DNA from: the human T2T-CHM13v2.0 reference genome, Homo sapiens
Strand: one strand, 5' to 3'
Assembly: GCF_009914755.1 (NCBI RefSeq)
Contig: NC_060930.1
Length of the DNA: 64,000 nucleotides
Under the pieces are notes generated by a model. It saw only the letters and a list, made by a program, of their open reading frames with translations. It searched no databases and had not been told where the DNA came from. Below, piece by piece: positions 14,353 to 29,910 of the stretch; position 1 is the first letter of the stretch, and every line of letters starts with the position of its first letter. A program made the position numbers and the translations under genes.

Positions 14353-15688
14353 CTGGCGGATCTTAGCCCAGGAAGCTGAGGGCAACCTTAGGCCCTAGAA
14401 CTTGCCACCCATCTGAGCTCCCGTCCTCCTTTCTGCCGCTCCTTCATGTCCTCCACTTCTGAGAGCAGTTTTGAGTCACATCCCTTGTGGGAGATGCCTC
14501 AGCCCTACCCTGAAACTGAACCCTGCCCCCACATAGCCCCAGCACCTTGCGTTTGAGCACACCACTTCCCAGGTTGTGCAGGCCTCAGATTTTGAGTACA
14601 GTGTCGTAATACGTATTTGGCCTGTAACTTGCGCTGAGATGCATGGATAAGCCATTTTAATTTAGCTGTATAGCAAAACCCATCCTTGACAGAAAGTGTG
14701 GACTAACACAGAGGCAATTTCTTCCTGCCTTGCTCATCACGTTGCATAGTTAGAGCCAATCCCTCAAGCCCTCCTTCCCTTCCTCCCTTCCAGCTCCCAT
14801 GTGCTCCTCTGGTCTGATTCGACACCATGGCCTAGCCTTGTGCAGTGTGCAAAGAGGAGAAAGGAGTGAAGAAAGGGAAGAGGAGGGGAGGGGTCCTAGG
14901 CAGGGCTTGGAGGCTGTGACAGTCACCCTGTAGGCTCCAAATTGAGACAGTGGCCTGGGGAGGAAAGGCTGCTTAGGGCAGCAGCACCCCCCCACCCTCC
15001 TTTCTTCCCCCTCAGCCATTTGCTCTGTTTTCTGGAATATCTGCCTCTCTCTCATCCACCAACTGTATACACTGCCGTGAGGGCTGGGACTTACCTTCAT
15101 AGCTGCATTTAGCCCATTACCTAGTACACAGGGCCATGCATATAGCAGGACCTCAATAAACATTTAATGAATAGAATTCAGTATTTATTATCACAGTCCT
15201 TGAACTCACAAAAGCTGAAGTCACATACTAACTGTATATAAAGAGACCGTCTTTACCCCATGAGTCTTAAAAGCGGGGTTGCTTGGACCATTCGTCAATG
15301 GAAGAATTACGTGGCGTGCTGTTAAAAATGTAGGTTCCCAGGCTTCACCTGAGAGTGTGATTCTGTGGAGCTGGGGGTCTGAATTTTTAACCTGTGTCCC
15401 CAGTGACTCTAAGTTACAGGCCAAATACGTATTACGACACTGTACTCAAAATCTGAGGCCTGCACAACCTGGGAAGCGGTGTGCTCAAACGCAAGGTGCT
15501 GGGGCTATGTGGGGGCAGGGGTCAGTTTCAGGGTAGGGCTGAGGCATCTCCCACAGGGGCTGTGACTCAAAACTGCTCTCAGAAGTGGAGGACATGAAGG
15601 AGTGGCAGAAAGGAGGACGGGAGCTCAGATGGGTGGCAAGTTCTAGGGCCTAAGGTTGCCCTCAGCTTCCTGGGCTAAGATCCGCCAG
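14353..15688. repeat. Long inverted repeat: arms 14353-14630 and 15411-15688 (278 bp each), 780-bp spacer
   Basis: Direct reverse-complement comparison; about 5 substitutions and no indels seen. Confidence 0.96.
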
Positions 15689-17228
15689 GTAGACCGTGGA
15701 ACTCATTTTCAGAAATGACCGAAGCAGCATTTCTTGATCTTTCTTAAAACTCTGTCGCTCTTGCTTGATACTCTATACTGCCCTCTCTGTGCATTGATAA
15801 CTGTGGGTCCCGGGTGGCTGCAAACCACATGTGCCATGCACCAGAAGGGGCATTGTTGTGACTGAGGCCGGATGACCTTAAGAATGAAACCCAAGCCCTC
15901 GTGGGGTTAAAATTCCAGAAGTACCTTAGTATTTGCTGCAAAACCATCGGTAAGGAGGAAAACCCCACTGCTTTATGAATTGAATACTAACCTGGAACTA
16001 CTCCCAAATCAATTGGACTTTGGTTTCTCATTCAGAATCTTCACTGAATGTTCTTAAGTGAGTTTTAAGATACCATTTCCATGTAAAAAGCTTCTAAAGA
16101 CTTGTTTGAGAGTGTACTTGGAAAAGAAGCATTTTTATCCGGTCTTACATACGTAATCAAAATTAATCGCTTTTCCCCCAGCCTATCTCTGCTACTTTCA
16201 GCTGTTAAATAGCCATTTGATTTAATATAGCACCTCATTCTTCAGTGATCTTCAGCAGCTGACACCTGAATTTGTCTGCAGACAATGTGCTTTTTAAAGA
16301 ATTGGCCTGCTGGTGCTTTTGATGTAAATTTTATAGGGCCATCATCTTTAGATTTTTCTTTATCAAACAAAATACTCTCTTTTTTATTATTCTTACTTGC
16401 ATTCTCATGATGATTAAAATATCACAGGAAATGTGTGTGGTTGAGTCCATATTTCCTAACTATATTTTATGATTAGGCTCCGCCAGATGGCTCCTACCAT
16501 ACATAATAAAATGTCAGAGGTGCAGCGGTAACCTCGTTATGGTGTGCATTTGAACTCAGTCCTAGCACCGTGCTAGGTCCCTAGGCACATCCTTTTTTCT
16601 TTACTTTCCTTATCTTATTCTTTTTATTGTTAAACTTTTTTTAGTTCTATTTTTAATTTGTGCATTTTTGTTATTTGGAAGATAGCTTTGTTAGCCACCT
16701 TGCATCCCTTCTGGAATAGACTAGGAGATGTATAAATATGTATCTTTAATGAACATGAATAGAGAAAACCAAGATATTTCTATTGTCCAGCTTTTGGTTC
16801 ATTTTGATTCCCACCACCATCTTTGCATGGCTGTTGCTGTAAGCCTGTGATCTTTACTATAGTACTCTGATTTCCTGCAAGAAAAATGAAACTGAACCCC
16901 GTTAATACCCAGTCTCCAACTCCCAAGCATTCCCTACATACAAATGCTTCCTCCCACACAGTTAGGATATGTCTTTCTCCTCCAGATACCTCTACCATGG
17001 GGTGCACCTCCACCTCCTCTCCAACAAGGCTGTCAAGGGTTCTGCTACCTCCTCACTGCCACTGAGCACCTTCCAACATGGCTGCCACCACCAGAGGTCT
17101 TGCCAGCTCACAGCTGTAATAGTTCCTGCTCCCACTACCTGCTCCAGCCCAGCCAAAGGAAATGTCAGAGTCAGTTAGAAGCTGGGAGAACCCCTCTATC
17201 TCTCCATAGTGTGCTCAGTGTCAGAGCC

Positions 17229-17256
17229 GTGTGTGTGTGTGTGTGTGTGTGTGTGT
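17229..17256. repeat. (GT)n microsatellite
   Basis: Read directly from the sequence. Confidence 0.95.
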
Positions 17257-17731
17257 ACACTTCTGTTGGTAGGGGCTACAAGTAGATGACTATCAACACC
17301 TGCTTCTATAGCCACAGTGAATTCCCAGTCCAGCAGGGAAGAAGGTATGTCTTTAAGGTTTTTCTACATAATGAAATAATTATGCTTTCATAATCTTGTC
17401 CCACAGGTACCATGGTGGTCATGGCAAAATGCAGAACCCAAAAGTTTTCAAAATAGTTTGTCTTCTGAAAACTGTTATTCAGTGCCAAGTTTGTTCTTGA
17501 TGTTTTTCTTCTAAATATTTTGTCCTGTTTGATGAAACAAGTAATCTATGGTCATTATTTCTAAAACATATTTCCTTTTTTAATGGCTATGGCACCAGTT
17601 AAGCCTTTTAGACTTTCCAGGGTGTTGCCAGGTGGCTTCTGACTACTGTCATCCATTAAAATGGCTTAATTTGAGTTTGAGGACTAGACAGGAAGACACA
17701 GGTTTAAAGGCCCATATTTACTAGAATAACA

Positions 17732-18050
17732 TTGTTAAAAGGAAACATTTTAATAAATTAACAGTTTATTTGAGCAAAATATGATTCATGGATCAGGCAG
17801 TTTTCAAAATCATAAGAGGTTCAGAGAGAGCTGCACTCTGCATCATGGGCAGTATTTATAGACAGAGTAGAAGGCAGGTACACAAAAAACTTGATTCCTT
17901 ACAGCTCAGCTTTGCGTTCACTGGATGTGGTCTGATCAGTTGGTAGCCTGTTATTGGCTGAAGCTTAGACCGGCTTGTGATTGGCTGAGACCCAGCTATC
18001 TTTACACAAATTAGACTCCCAATTATGTTTCCATTCATTTAAATACATGG
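17732..18050. mobile_element. ERV1 MER4-group LTR fragment (MER51-like)
   Basis: tgttaaaaggaaac...tttatttgagcaaa... and repeated attggctga (CCAAT boxes). Confidence 0.55.
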
Positions 18051-18273
18051 TAGATTTTGTTTCATCTTCAGGGTTTTTGATGCTAGCTGTTGACCTTTAG
18101 AGGACACATTGTGAGCCTCTTGGTCCTAATTGCTGTACGTTTTGAGACAGATCTTGCTGATGTCTTTGGTTCCAGCCTCGCCCCCACCACTCCATCCTCC
18201 ACACTGGCCAATGTGGTCTCTCTGGAGGCCCCCTGCTTCACCCTCTTCTGATGCCCTGAGGATGGAGGGGTAG

Positions 18274-18606
<333 letters not shown>

Positions 18607-20298
18607 TTTGTTTTTTAATAATTCCTTGTGATTTCTTGCCTGCTCTTTTAAAAGCAAGACTGGGACTCTTTAAGAGATGGTGTGTTATTTTTAATAAATC
18701 TCTGTACCCTGACCGTGTTCCCATCAGGAGCGTCAGAAGGACAAACAGCAGCTAAGTGAGCCTCTACCAGCGAGTGTTATAGACCCCTTTATAAGCTCTC
18801 CTCATTAGGCATTTCTGGCACCTAAAATAGATGGCTGGAGAGGTAATTAGATGCAGTTACTTGCAAAAGTCTCAGAGGCATTTTCTTGATAGTACACAAG
18901 AGGAGTCTATTAATTAGTTCTAACAAGGAAGGTTTAAATAACATCAGTTAATGGCCAATTGCTGGTGGCAACCAGGCAGACAGAATCCAGAGTCCCTGGG
19001 CTGAGCTTCATCCTTTGCCTGGAAGGGGAAGAGTTCCATGAAGACAGAGCTCCTGCCTGTAGTCTCTCTGGGAAGATTAAATACATACAGATTAAGGAGT
19101 TGAGAATAATTTAGTGCCAAGCTCTGTACTAATAATTGTAAGTCCAACAAGTGAACAGGAGAATCGCCCAGAGATGGAGAAGACGTGAGTGTTTGGGTCC
19201 AACAGCAATCATAACTTGCTTTTTCCTAAGTGATTTTGTGTGTTGTATAGTATGCTTGTTGTTTGTTGGGTGGTTGTGAAAAAGCATTCCATCCGTATGG
19301 GGAGATTAGGCTGGAGCCCCAAAACAAAAACTCTACCTCTCCAGGGACTCTCTGTCTGGCAGCCTATGAGGAACAGGTATTGTGTTAGAATTAATTAAGC
19401 ATTTCCCTCTCTGGAGCCATCCTTTGGAATGCACACATCCCTGGGAGGAGAGACCCACCAAGCTTTCTGCACTCCAGGTGAACAGCTATAGAGAAACTTC
19501 CTCTGAGCAGGATGGACCTGGAGCATCCTTGTGGGTTATGGAAGCACAGGAAGGGGACAGAGGCCCTTCAGCATCCAGTCGCAGTCATGAAGTGCCACTC
19601 CCCATGGTCTGGTGCCTCTGGAGCCCCATCTCCCTCCAGTTGGCTGTCCCCACTGCCGCCACCCATGCCCCACTCTTCCACCCTGTGCCCCAGCCATGTG
19701 ATACATCTCTACCCAGAGCAGGGCTCCAGTCCCCACCCTCTCCTCAAACACCCAGCATCATCAGAGCCAGAATTAGTAAGGAGGACATCGGCCACAGGAA
19801 ACAACCTCAGATTTAACATGAGAGGGGAGTGGAGAAGAGAGCACTGGAAAGTCTCATGGTGGGGAAGAGAGATAAAATGTACACTATTGTTTTCAAAAAT
19901 GTAATTCTATTCACATACCAGGAAATTCTCCCTTTTAAAGTGTACAATTCAGTGGTTTTTAGTATATTCACAAAATTTTGCCACCATTACCACTGTCCAA
20001 TTCAAAGCATTTTTGTCACTCCAAAAAGAAACCCTGTACCTATTGACTGTCACTCCCCACATCCCCCATGACCTCCAACCCCTGACAACCACTAGCATAC
20101 TGCCTGTCTCTATGATTTTGCCTACAGGATTCTGAGCATTTCATATAAGTGGAATCATACAATATACAATATGTGGCCTTTTATGTCTGACTTCTCTTAC
20201 TCAGCATAATGTTTTCGAGGTCTGTCCATGTAGGAGGTATCAGTTCATTTCTTTCTATGGCAGAATACTATTCCTTATTTGCATAGAGATGATCTTTC

Positions 20299-20898
<600 letters not shown>

Positions 20899-21438
20899 TT
20901 TTAGTGTCCAGCTGCCTGTACCCAACTCCCACCCTTAAAAAAAATGCTTATGCTTAAAATAGTGACATTGCATGGACATACCATGTTTTAGTTATCTGCT
21001 TATCATTTCATGGGCATTTCAGTCGTCTCCACTTTTGGGTTATTATGAATAATGCTTCTACGAATATTTCAATACAAGACTTTGGGGACATATCTTGGGT
21101 ATACACCTAGGAGTGGAATTTCTGGGTCATATAGTAACTCTATGTTTAGCTTTTTGAGGAGCTGCCAGACTGTTTTCCAAAGTGGATGCACCATTTTACA
21201 TTCCACCAGCAATGTAGGAGGCTTCCAGTGTCTTTGTATCCTTGCCAACATTTGTCATTGTTCATCTTTTTGATTATAGTCAGCCAGGTGGCTATAAAGT
21301 GGTATCTCATTGTGATTACTCCATGTTTTTTAATCAGTGTTTAAAGGGTTAGCATGTTCTGTGTTTCAGGGATATAAGCAAAATGCTAGAGTCTCTTCCT
21401 AATTATTTTTAGTTACAGTTTTAAGAATAATAGGCTTT

Positions 21439-21526
21439 GGCTGGGTGCGGTGGCTCATGCCTGTAATCCCAGCACTTTGGGAGGCCGAGGCGGGTGGATC
21501 ACAAGGTCAGGAGATCGAGACCATCA
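21439..21526 (+). mobile_element. Alu left-arm fragment (3'-truncated)
   Basis: ggctgggtgcggtggctc...gagaccatc, then unrelated sequence. Confidence 0.88.
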
Positions 21527-24500
21527 CCTGACCCAGGATGAGGGATTGGCCAGTAGGGTGTGCTCAGAATTTTAGCCCCTCCCCACTCCTGGGGGCCTTT
21601 GTCCAGGGCAGGACTTAGATATACAACTGTACTTGGATTGTAGTTGGTCGCTTGGAAGCCAGATAGGCCGGGGTTCCTGTTTTCAGCTGGGCTGAGGGCT
21701 CTGACATTCAACAAAGGATTTAATGCCCCTGGACCTCGGTTTCCTCGTCAGTAAATAATATTGGTGATATTTCCTTCTGATGACTATAGCCCTCTTATGG
21801 TATTGTGATGATTCAATGAAATGAGCTTTATAAAGCAGCTGGTCTAAGACCTGACAAATCCAAGTGCTTACTAAACAGTAGTTAATTTTATGTCTTATCC
21901 TAAGGGACTTGACACAGGTATTATTTTCTCTAGAAGATGGGTCAGCAAACTATGACCCATAGGCCACATCAGTGTAATATTTTACCTCCCACAAGCTAAG
22001 AATTGTTTTGACATTTTTTAAAGGGTTGTAATCAAAACAAAGAATATGTGACCTAAGTTTCCTGATTCTTGCTCTAGGCCCTTCTCTGACAGCCCCTCGT
22101 CCCTGCCCTGCTCACCCCCACTTCAGGGCCAGATGTCCCTACTCATTGGTCCCTTATCACCTTGTACTTATCTCTGACATAGCCCTTTTCACAAAGAAAT
22201 CCCTAGGAGACAATCAGCAGCTTCTCCATCACTGCATCCTCGGGCACACAGTAGGAAGTTAGCAGCTGTGAGTTCAGGGAATGAAAGGGGAGTTGGGGAG
22301 AAGAGGACACTGAAGACGGTTTTGCCAGCCACACAGTTTTGCTTAAGTCCTAAGGGGAGAGGAGACTGGCACTTGGCTTTGGCTGTCCTCCTGTGCATTG
22401 CATTTGAGCAGAGCAATGCCCTTGTCCCAATTGTATCCCCAGATACGTTAGTGTGGGGGGACACTCTGAATTTCCCCTAGGCCGTCACATGTGGGCTGGA
22501 CTTCCCAGGAACACATTTCTTGGTAATTCACAACTCCCTTTCGGAGAAGAAACTTGGCCTGTGGGTAACAGACCCCAACCCAATAGCTCTTGGGCCTCTC
22601 CTGGAAAGACACAGCTTTCTCTCAGCCAGGCTGCATGAATTCAGGATTTGCATTCTCTTGGTTGGGGCTGGGCTGAGAGAAGGTGGAATGCGTGTTTTTG
22701 AGATTCTAAATAAGAAAAGCAGGCGTGACTATGCCTGCTTGATTCTATTACTTTGGGGCATTTTCAAAGAATTTCTTGTCTCCACTTATTTTTCTAATAT
22801 TCATGTTTATGTTGAATTCCTCATGCAGAAACTGATGCATTGCTTTTACCCCAGAGCTTTCACTGACGTTTGATGGAATTAGCTCTGCAAACACTGCTGA
22901 CATGATGTGCCCTCCTGTTTTGGTTCCTTCTGTACTAAACATGATTTTTACAATGAACTTGAGCTCTGTGTATGAGAGAAAAAGAAGGAGACTGATTTGT
23001 GACCTGACTACTTGCCCCCATAAAAAAGTCCAGAAGAGCCCACCGATTAAAGCATATAAGATGAAGGCAGGACAGCAACGGTCTGAGGGGAGCAGATGTT
23101 TAAGGTGCTTCCAGCAATCTGAGTTGAGCGGTTTACAATTCTCAGGCAAAAGCAGGCACAAGCTTTTTCAACAGATAAGGAACACCTTTAAAAAGAAAGG
23201 GACGAATGCAGATGAAGGACTTGCAACTCACAATGACTTTTAAACTTTCTACAAAAAAAAAGAAAGAAGAAAAAGAGAAAAAACCTTTAAAGTTTATAGT
23301 AGTAGGTTTTTTCCAAAGGTTGCCAATGTGTAGGTTGTTTGCAAACATTGCCCAGTGGAAGAAAGGGGGGAATATTTCCAAGTCACAATTCTACACGTTT
23401 AATGTCAAAGCCTACTAAATATTACTCCTCTTGAATCTTCAAAGGAATTGTGTATAAATTCCTGAAAAATAAAATTGCATTTCTGCACTTGGATGCAAGT
23501 GACCCTTTGGTCACTCCCCATGATGACTGGATGAACATAGTTTAACCTTGAGAGCAACTCTCACAACTAGGTCAAAAGTTGTTTATTGACCACATAATTT
23601 CCAGGTGCAAGATGCTTTGAATTTTTAATGCGCTTACACTAAAATTACACAGGGGCTGAAAGATTGTTTAGCTGGACTTCTGAGCAAATGAGTGTGGTTG
23701 TTATTGTTGTTTTAAGTAGACCACATACATTCACAGAAGGGAACTTTACCGTGACCTAGCAGATTACAAAAACTACAGTGAGTTCCTTTGACAGCTTGTG
23801 AGTAGAGAAATATATTTATAACAAACATTTCTTCTTCTCCAGCTACCTTTGGCTTCCAACCATAAATATTTTATAAACTACCCCCAGAAATGTTTAATGA
23901 CAGACTTTTAAAGTAATTGAAGAAAGAAAGCAGCACACTTTATGAGATCCTTTCCACTGACATATTTTGATCATCGATACAGCATTTCGAAGCTAATAGT
24001 GCTGTTACTACAATGTCAGTGTACTACAGGATCAAAAGGAATGATATGAGACTTAGAACTCTTTTCACTGTGAGTGCACTTGATTTTGATTTTCTCAGAG
24101 GATAATACCTGTAGCCATTTTTAAAAATGAATAAAATTAGCAAAAAATTAAAAAGAGAAAGGCCTATATCAGAAATGCATTGGGCTAACAAACAGAAAAC
24201 CTGACAAGAGTGACCCACACAAGTGGAGAGCCCTTTTTATTTCATGCATTAAGCAGTCCAGGTCTGGTGTGGTGGCACTGTGATATCACTGGGGTCTACC
24301 TCTTATCTTCGTTCTCTGTCTTCATTAGCTTGCAGATCTTGGCTTGTAGCATGGCCCTCATGCTTCTTGCCTCATGGTCACAGGATTGCTTCTGCAACTC
24401 TAGGCGTGGTGTCTGTGTTCCAGGGAGGAGAATAGAATGGAAAGTCAAGGCAGAGGACTGAAAAACAATGCCAGAGGAATCTGTCTGTCATTAAAAATTG

Positions 24501-24954
24501 CCCAAGAGGCCAACTCAGCAGTGTTCATTTATAACTCATTCATTTGTTGAATGAATGGACAGAACTCCATCACTCTATCACTCCCAACTTCAAGTGAGTC
24601 TAGGGTGACTATTTTTAGCTGGGCATATTGTTACCTAGAATGAGGTCATGGTTCCTTTAGGAAGAGAGGAAAGTAGATATTAGGTAAGCAACTAGCAGAA
24701 TCTGCTATAGGGGGTTGTCATTTCAAAATATTCTATATAGTTAGTAATAGGTTTGAAAAAATGTTTTTTTTTCATATTGAAGGTGAGGACTCTATGGGGA
24801 TGAAAGAAAGCAATTAACAATACAATAATGGGGTATATTTACCTTCTGAATTTAAAATATTCTCTGAAGACATTACTGCTGGAGCATGGTAAGAATTCAT
24901 CCATCATTCAGTTGTCCTTACGTCCCCGTTATGTATTGAGCTAAGTACAGTTGC

Positions 24955-25052
24955 AAAGAGAGAGAACAAAACAAAGAGAGAGTGAGAAAGAGAGAGAGAG
25001 AGAAAGGGGAGGGAAAGGGGAGGAGGAGGACCAGTGGGAGGGAGGAAGGGGA
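24955..25052. repeat. Purine-rich (GA/GGA) low-complexity tract
   Basis: Read directly from the sequence. Confidence 0.8.
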
Positions 25053-28000
25053 AAAATCATAGAAATACATTGAAGTCTTGGCCTTCCCATAGCCTTACAG
25101 GCTAGTGAGTTCATCAGGTTAGCGTAATTGGTGAAAAAACAATTATATAAACCATCATACCACTAATTGCCATAGTTGAACAAACTTTACTTTGGATTTT
25201 CTGGTAGCCAAGAAAAAATGGGGCCATAAATGGTAATGTCGTTCTCATTTTCCATGAGAAGAAAAAATAATACAGTCATTTGTCCTACAGTGTAGTGGAT
25301 TAGAGAGCTTGAGTACCAGCTCTGGAATAGACTTTGAACAAGTTATTTAATCCCCCTAATTCCCAGCCTTTTCTTCTTTAATATGGGAGCACTAATACTC
25401 ATGGTTCTGAGGTCATTTTACAAATTAAGTGAGATATTGCGTGAAAGGCACCACCAAATTAAGAGCCCTGGGATGAAAAAAAATGAGAAAGATAGAAGAC
25501 ATTGTGCTCAATGACATCCCCATTCCAAAACAGAACTGGATTGTGAGATGTCCTATCATATGGTGTCACTTGAGAGCTGCCAAGGATATGATGCCAAAAT
25601 GTCACTCAGTCAAAGCAGCTCTAGATGGGGCCAAGAAGTTATGCTTCAATAGACAGCTTTTTGATGGTCCAACTTGGACCAAGGCTAAAAATTCAAAATG
25701 TACAGAGAAATGGATGGAGTCTGTATCCTCAAACAATCTCCCTTACTTTTGACATCTTTCAGCCAGCCCTTTGATAGACATAAGCAGCTCTCCATCCAAG
25801 GGTACAGTCCCCAGTGAAGGCCTGGAGGGGAGGTATTTGTGTCACTGGTGGAGGATGAGCTCCTGCACTACAATGACATAGGTTGGACAGTGGCCTTACC
25901 CAGACTCTGACCCAAGCAAGTGCTCAACCCATCACTAAGATTTTTTTTTTTTTCACTCTATTGCCCTAGGGCAACTACAGTCTGAGATCAGCAATAGACT
26001 CTTAAAACCTGGGGCTCTTGCCCTCATTTTAAACTTCTGTTTCCTTCATTTGTTTCTTTAACTAAACTCTCCTGATGAGGATTTTCTTATTGCTTAGTCA
26101 GGTCCAACTTCTTGACCATTATAGGGGAAGTCAGAAGTTTTATATCCATCCAGTGAGTCTAGCTATAGAGACAATTGTTGCTCTATAAACTGTCTTTCTC
26201 TTTTCCTCTTTCTATCAGATCACAAAATCCCAAGAGATGGAAAATATCTGTATCAATTTATAAAAATATTTTTTGAATAATGATTTATTTTATTTAGCAC
26301 TGTTTGATAGCCTGAATGTAATAACAGTTCCCTATAGGAAATGGGTTCCCCCATCCATCCTGGTGGAGATTTCTGAAAAATCTGTTTACCCAGGACCAGG
26401 TAACAGATGAAAGCAAAAACCAGCCAATAGATACTGTGGAAAAGAGCATTCCATGATCAGATCTATGCTGGTGGATTGCGTCTAGATTCCATGCCACATT
26501 TGTTCAAAATTAATTCAATTATGAAAAAGGTATACTTGTGAAAAGCCCCCAACATGTAGGCAGTTAAGACATAATTTCATCTGAGAGCAATTTAAATGTC
26601 TTATTGCCATCTCTAGCTAAAAATACCTTATGATTTCTGGATTCTTGTGTGGAGTTAATCTCCCAGCTCAAGTTCACCTTGTTGCTAATTCTCTATCTCA
26701 TTTCAGTGTGGGAAGCAATGTCATTTTATGTAGAAAGGAATGTATTTCATCTCTCCTCTTCTCCAGCTATCAGCAAATCTATGCCTAGGGCAGGGAGCAG
26801 CTGTGGGGATATGGATAGGACACAGCCATGGATCCTTCGCACATGTTGAGAATGTCCTTGGTGTTTGCTGCTCTTACTCCCTTTTCTGTAGATGAGGAAT
26901 GGAGATTTTCATGAACAGGTGTTTGAAGAATCAAGAACAACAGGGCCTTTGAGTGGTGGGGTACAGCAGACCCTACTGGTTACTTACTCCATATCCATTC
27001 TCCCACAGCCTCCCCCTCTTTAGCAGAAATCTGACTTGTTCAAGTTTTACCCTAAGAGGAAGGCAGTTCCACCCTAGCTCATGAGTGAGTCCTGATTAAT
27101 CTAAGCCTAGCATGGTTGTCTTATTTCCTTTGCTCATGGCTAGTTGAGATGTACACTGGAAGTTTAGACCAAACCAATGGAACATGAGAAATTTTCTCAG
27201 GGCCTTCTAGGTAGGATTTTCAGATCTTAAAGGAAGCACCCAGGAAAGATAGTCTCTTCTTGCCCCAGACTTTGTAATTCTGCATGGGATGGCTGGAACT
27301 GCAGCAGCCATCATGAAACATAAGAAAAGCTAGTCTGAGGACAATGCTGGCATTTCCAGGATGGAAGAGCGAGATGGAACAAAAGTATGGAATGAGGCCT
27401 AAAACCTCCATACCTAAGGACTTTTGTAAGAGAATATATTTTCCTATTTATTTACGAGAGAATGTATTCTCTTTATTGTTTGAGTTTCGTTGGGTTTTTG
27501 GTTACCTGCAGATACAAGCATCCTCGTATTGATACATGGAGATGTAACATAAAGCAGAGAAGTTCTTTAGCCATGTTTAACCCATTTGTTCTTGAGCTGC
27601 AACTCAGTTGTCCTGCTGTGTTGCTATGCTCAGTATGTATGAGGGGAAACACTAGGCCAGAGAGTTGATGAATTTTGTATGGTGTGTTTTCCTTGCATAT
27701 CATACGTGCAACACACAGACACACACACGATGTGAAAAATGCCAAGAAGCCAATTCCACATAGCCAAATCAAACATGGGAGGGAGGCTAGAAAGTTTCTT
27801 ATTAATGCAAATCAATAAGAATTGGGTAGGTGTACTTTGCAAAGGGAAAATGGCTATCCCTTTGAAGCCATACAATTTCTAGAGATACCAAGACTCCGTT
27901 CAAATGCCGTGTTCTCTGTGACCCCTTCCCTGAGTTCTCAAGGCCAAGTTGATCACCCCTTCCGTTCTCATACCACTGTATGCATATCTCTAGTGGGGCG

Positions 28001-29910
28001 CTTACCACATGGTATCAGCGCAAGCAGTGTCAGCGTTCAATTCCCTTGTTAGATTGTGAGTTCTTACAGGGCAAGAGACTTGTTGTAACCTTTGATGTAT
28101 TCACTTATTCAACAATTATTTATTGAGTGCCTACTATGTGCCAGGCATTGAGCTGAACACTGAAGATACAATAGTCAGAAAAAGCAGATGTGGCCCCTGC
28201 AGTCATGGAGTTTAAAATCTAGTGAGACAGGCAATCAAATAATTACAGCAGTCAACCAATTTCTTATGCCTAACCAAATGACTAGCACGCAGTAAATGCT
28301 CAATAATTACTTGCTGAATTTAGTCACAGAATTTTCAATATTCTGTGCCACCTTTTATCTTCCTGGAAGCTAGCCTAAGTTCATACGATGGTGGAAAACC
28401 TCCTAGGGGAAAGAGAGGTGAAGCCCCCACATGCAGGCTGTTTTCAAGCATCTGTTTGTATTGCACTTACTAATGTCTTAATGGCCAAAGCAAGTCATGT
28501 GGCCAGTCTAGAGGGCCGTGTGGAAGGAAGTTACACGGTGCAGGGATAGGAAGAGGTGTGACTGGTCAGGGGCCATTATCGTACCAATCTGCCACACTAT
28601 TTTAAATTATGGGTTATGTTATATAAGCCTAAAACTCAGCTAAGAGATTTAAACAATGATCATTTGAATCTAAGAATAAGTTTCTCAGTACAATTCACAC
28701 TCAAGAAACTAACATTTGATTCAGACATTTCAAATGGAAAATAATGATGTGATTCACAGTGAACAGTATATCCAAGCTTTTGGTCTTAAAATCTTTGCAC
28801 AGTGCTTTGATGAGAGAGGAGTCTTGGCAGCCAAGTGTGGCTGTTTCCCCAGCCTTTATACTATTTTCAGTGAGGGCAGTCTCTTCTTCTGAGGGTTGTA
28901 ATGAGAATAATGGACTCTTTCCCCACTAACATCCAGAGAAGATCATTCTAAATCGAGTGGTTGGCCCATGCCAACAATATCTGCTATAAATTATGAAACC
29001 TCCAATCAATAATCAATACTTCTCCTCTATTTGTATAATAGCAAATGAGTTTTGAGGTTGGACTCAGAGTATAAATTGTTAACTAAAACAAAATAGGATA
29101 AATATAGAGAAATGAAACTTAGCTTTAGAGCAGACTCTTAAACCTTAGAAGTCTGTATAAACAAAAGTGTCTATGCATGTTTTATTTGGAGATTTGTGTG
29201 ATTAAACAAAAATGTATTACAGATCTGAATGGAGAGTCAAATTAAGTGTGTGGGTCTAGTGGAGAGATTATCTATCCAAACGCATTTTTGTAATTCCGTA
29301 CTCTGGTCCAAAAGTTAATGTAAAAAGCCAATCGAATTGATTAATACTAAAAATGGAACAACTGCAAACTAGAACTAATTTGAGAACCCTCCTACTTTCA
29401 TCCTCAGAGTTTGTCTAATAAGGACTTTTGGACGACTGAATACATAGCATGTAAGAAAGTGTTAGAAATGGCTACAAGTCTGATGTGACTGCAACAATAT
29501 TACTCATAATGTTTTTGAGCACAACAAAAACATACAGGGTACATCCACATGCATAACAGATGTTCACGGGAAGATGAGGTTAAACAGGACTTCCACATCC
29601 ACGTGGGTTTCTCCACTTAATTTTGATCATAAAAGCCATAGAGAAGTTGAAAGGCCTCTTAGAAGAGTGGACAGAAGCCGCCAAGCACAAGTGCAGTAGG
29701 GCTACCTTGTGTATGCAAAAGGAAGACAAGTCCCACTTGGAAATATGCCTTCAGGAAGGTTTAGCCTCGCAAACTTGCACTCTCCCATTGTGCTTACATT
29801 TCATGTGTGTGGCATGTGGATTTCATTTCTCTTTCTGTCAAACATACAAGTATTCCATGGATTCCTATGGACCCAACTGCAGTTTGAATTTTAGAAACTG
29901 TAACATTTTT

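Noticed and set aside
18139-18158. 20-bp near copy (ttttgagacagatcttgct) of the Alu end at ~18355
   Set aside because: Too short and low in complexity to distinguish from chance or a tiny Alu remnant.
25483-25752. 89-aa ORF with protein-like composition
   Set aside because: No recognisable domain or convincing splice context; may be an ancient repeat remnant; length is within chance.
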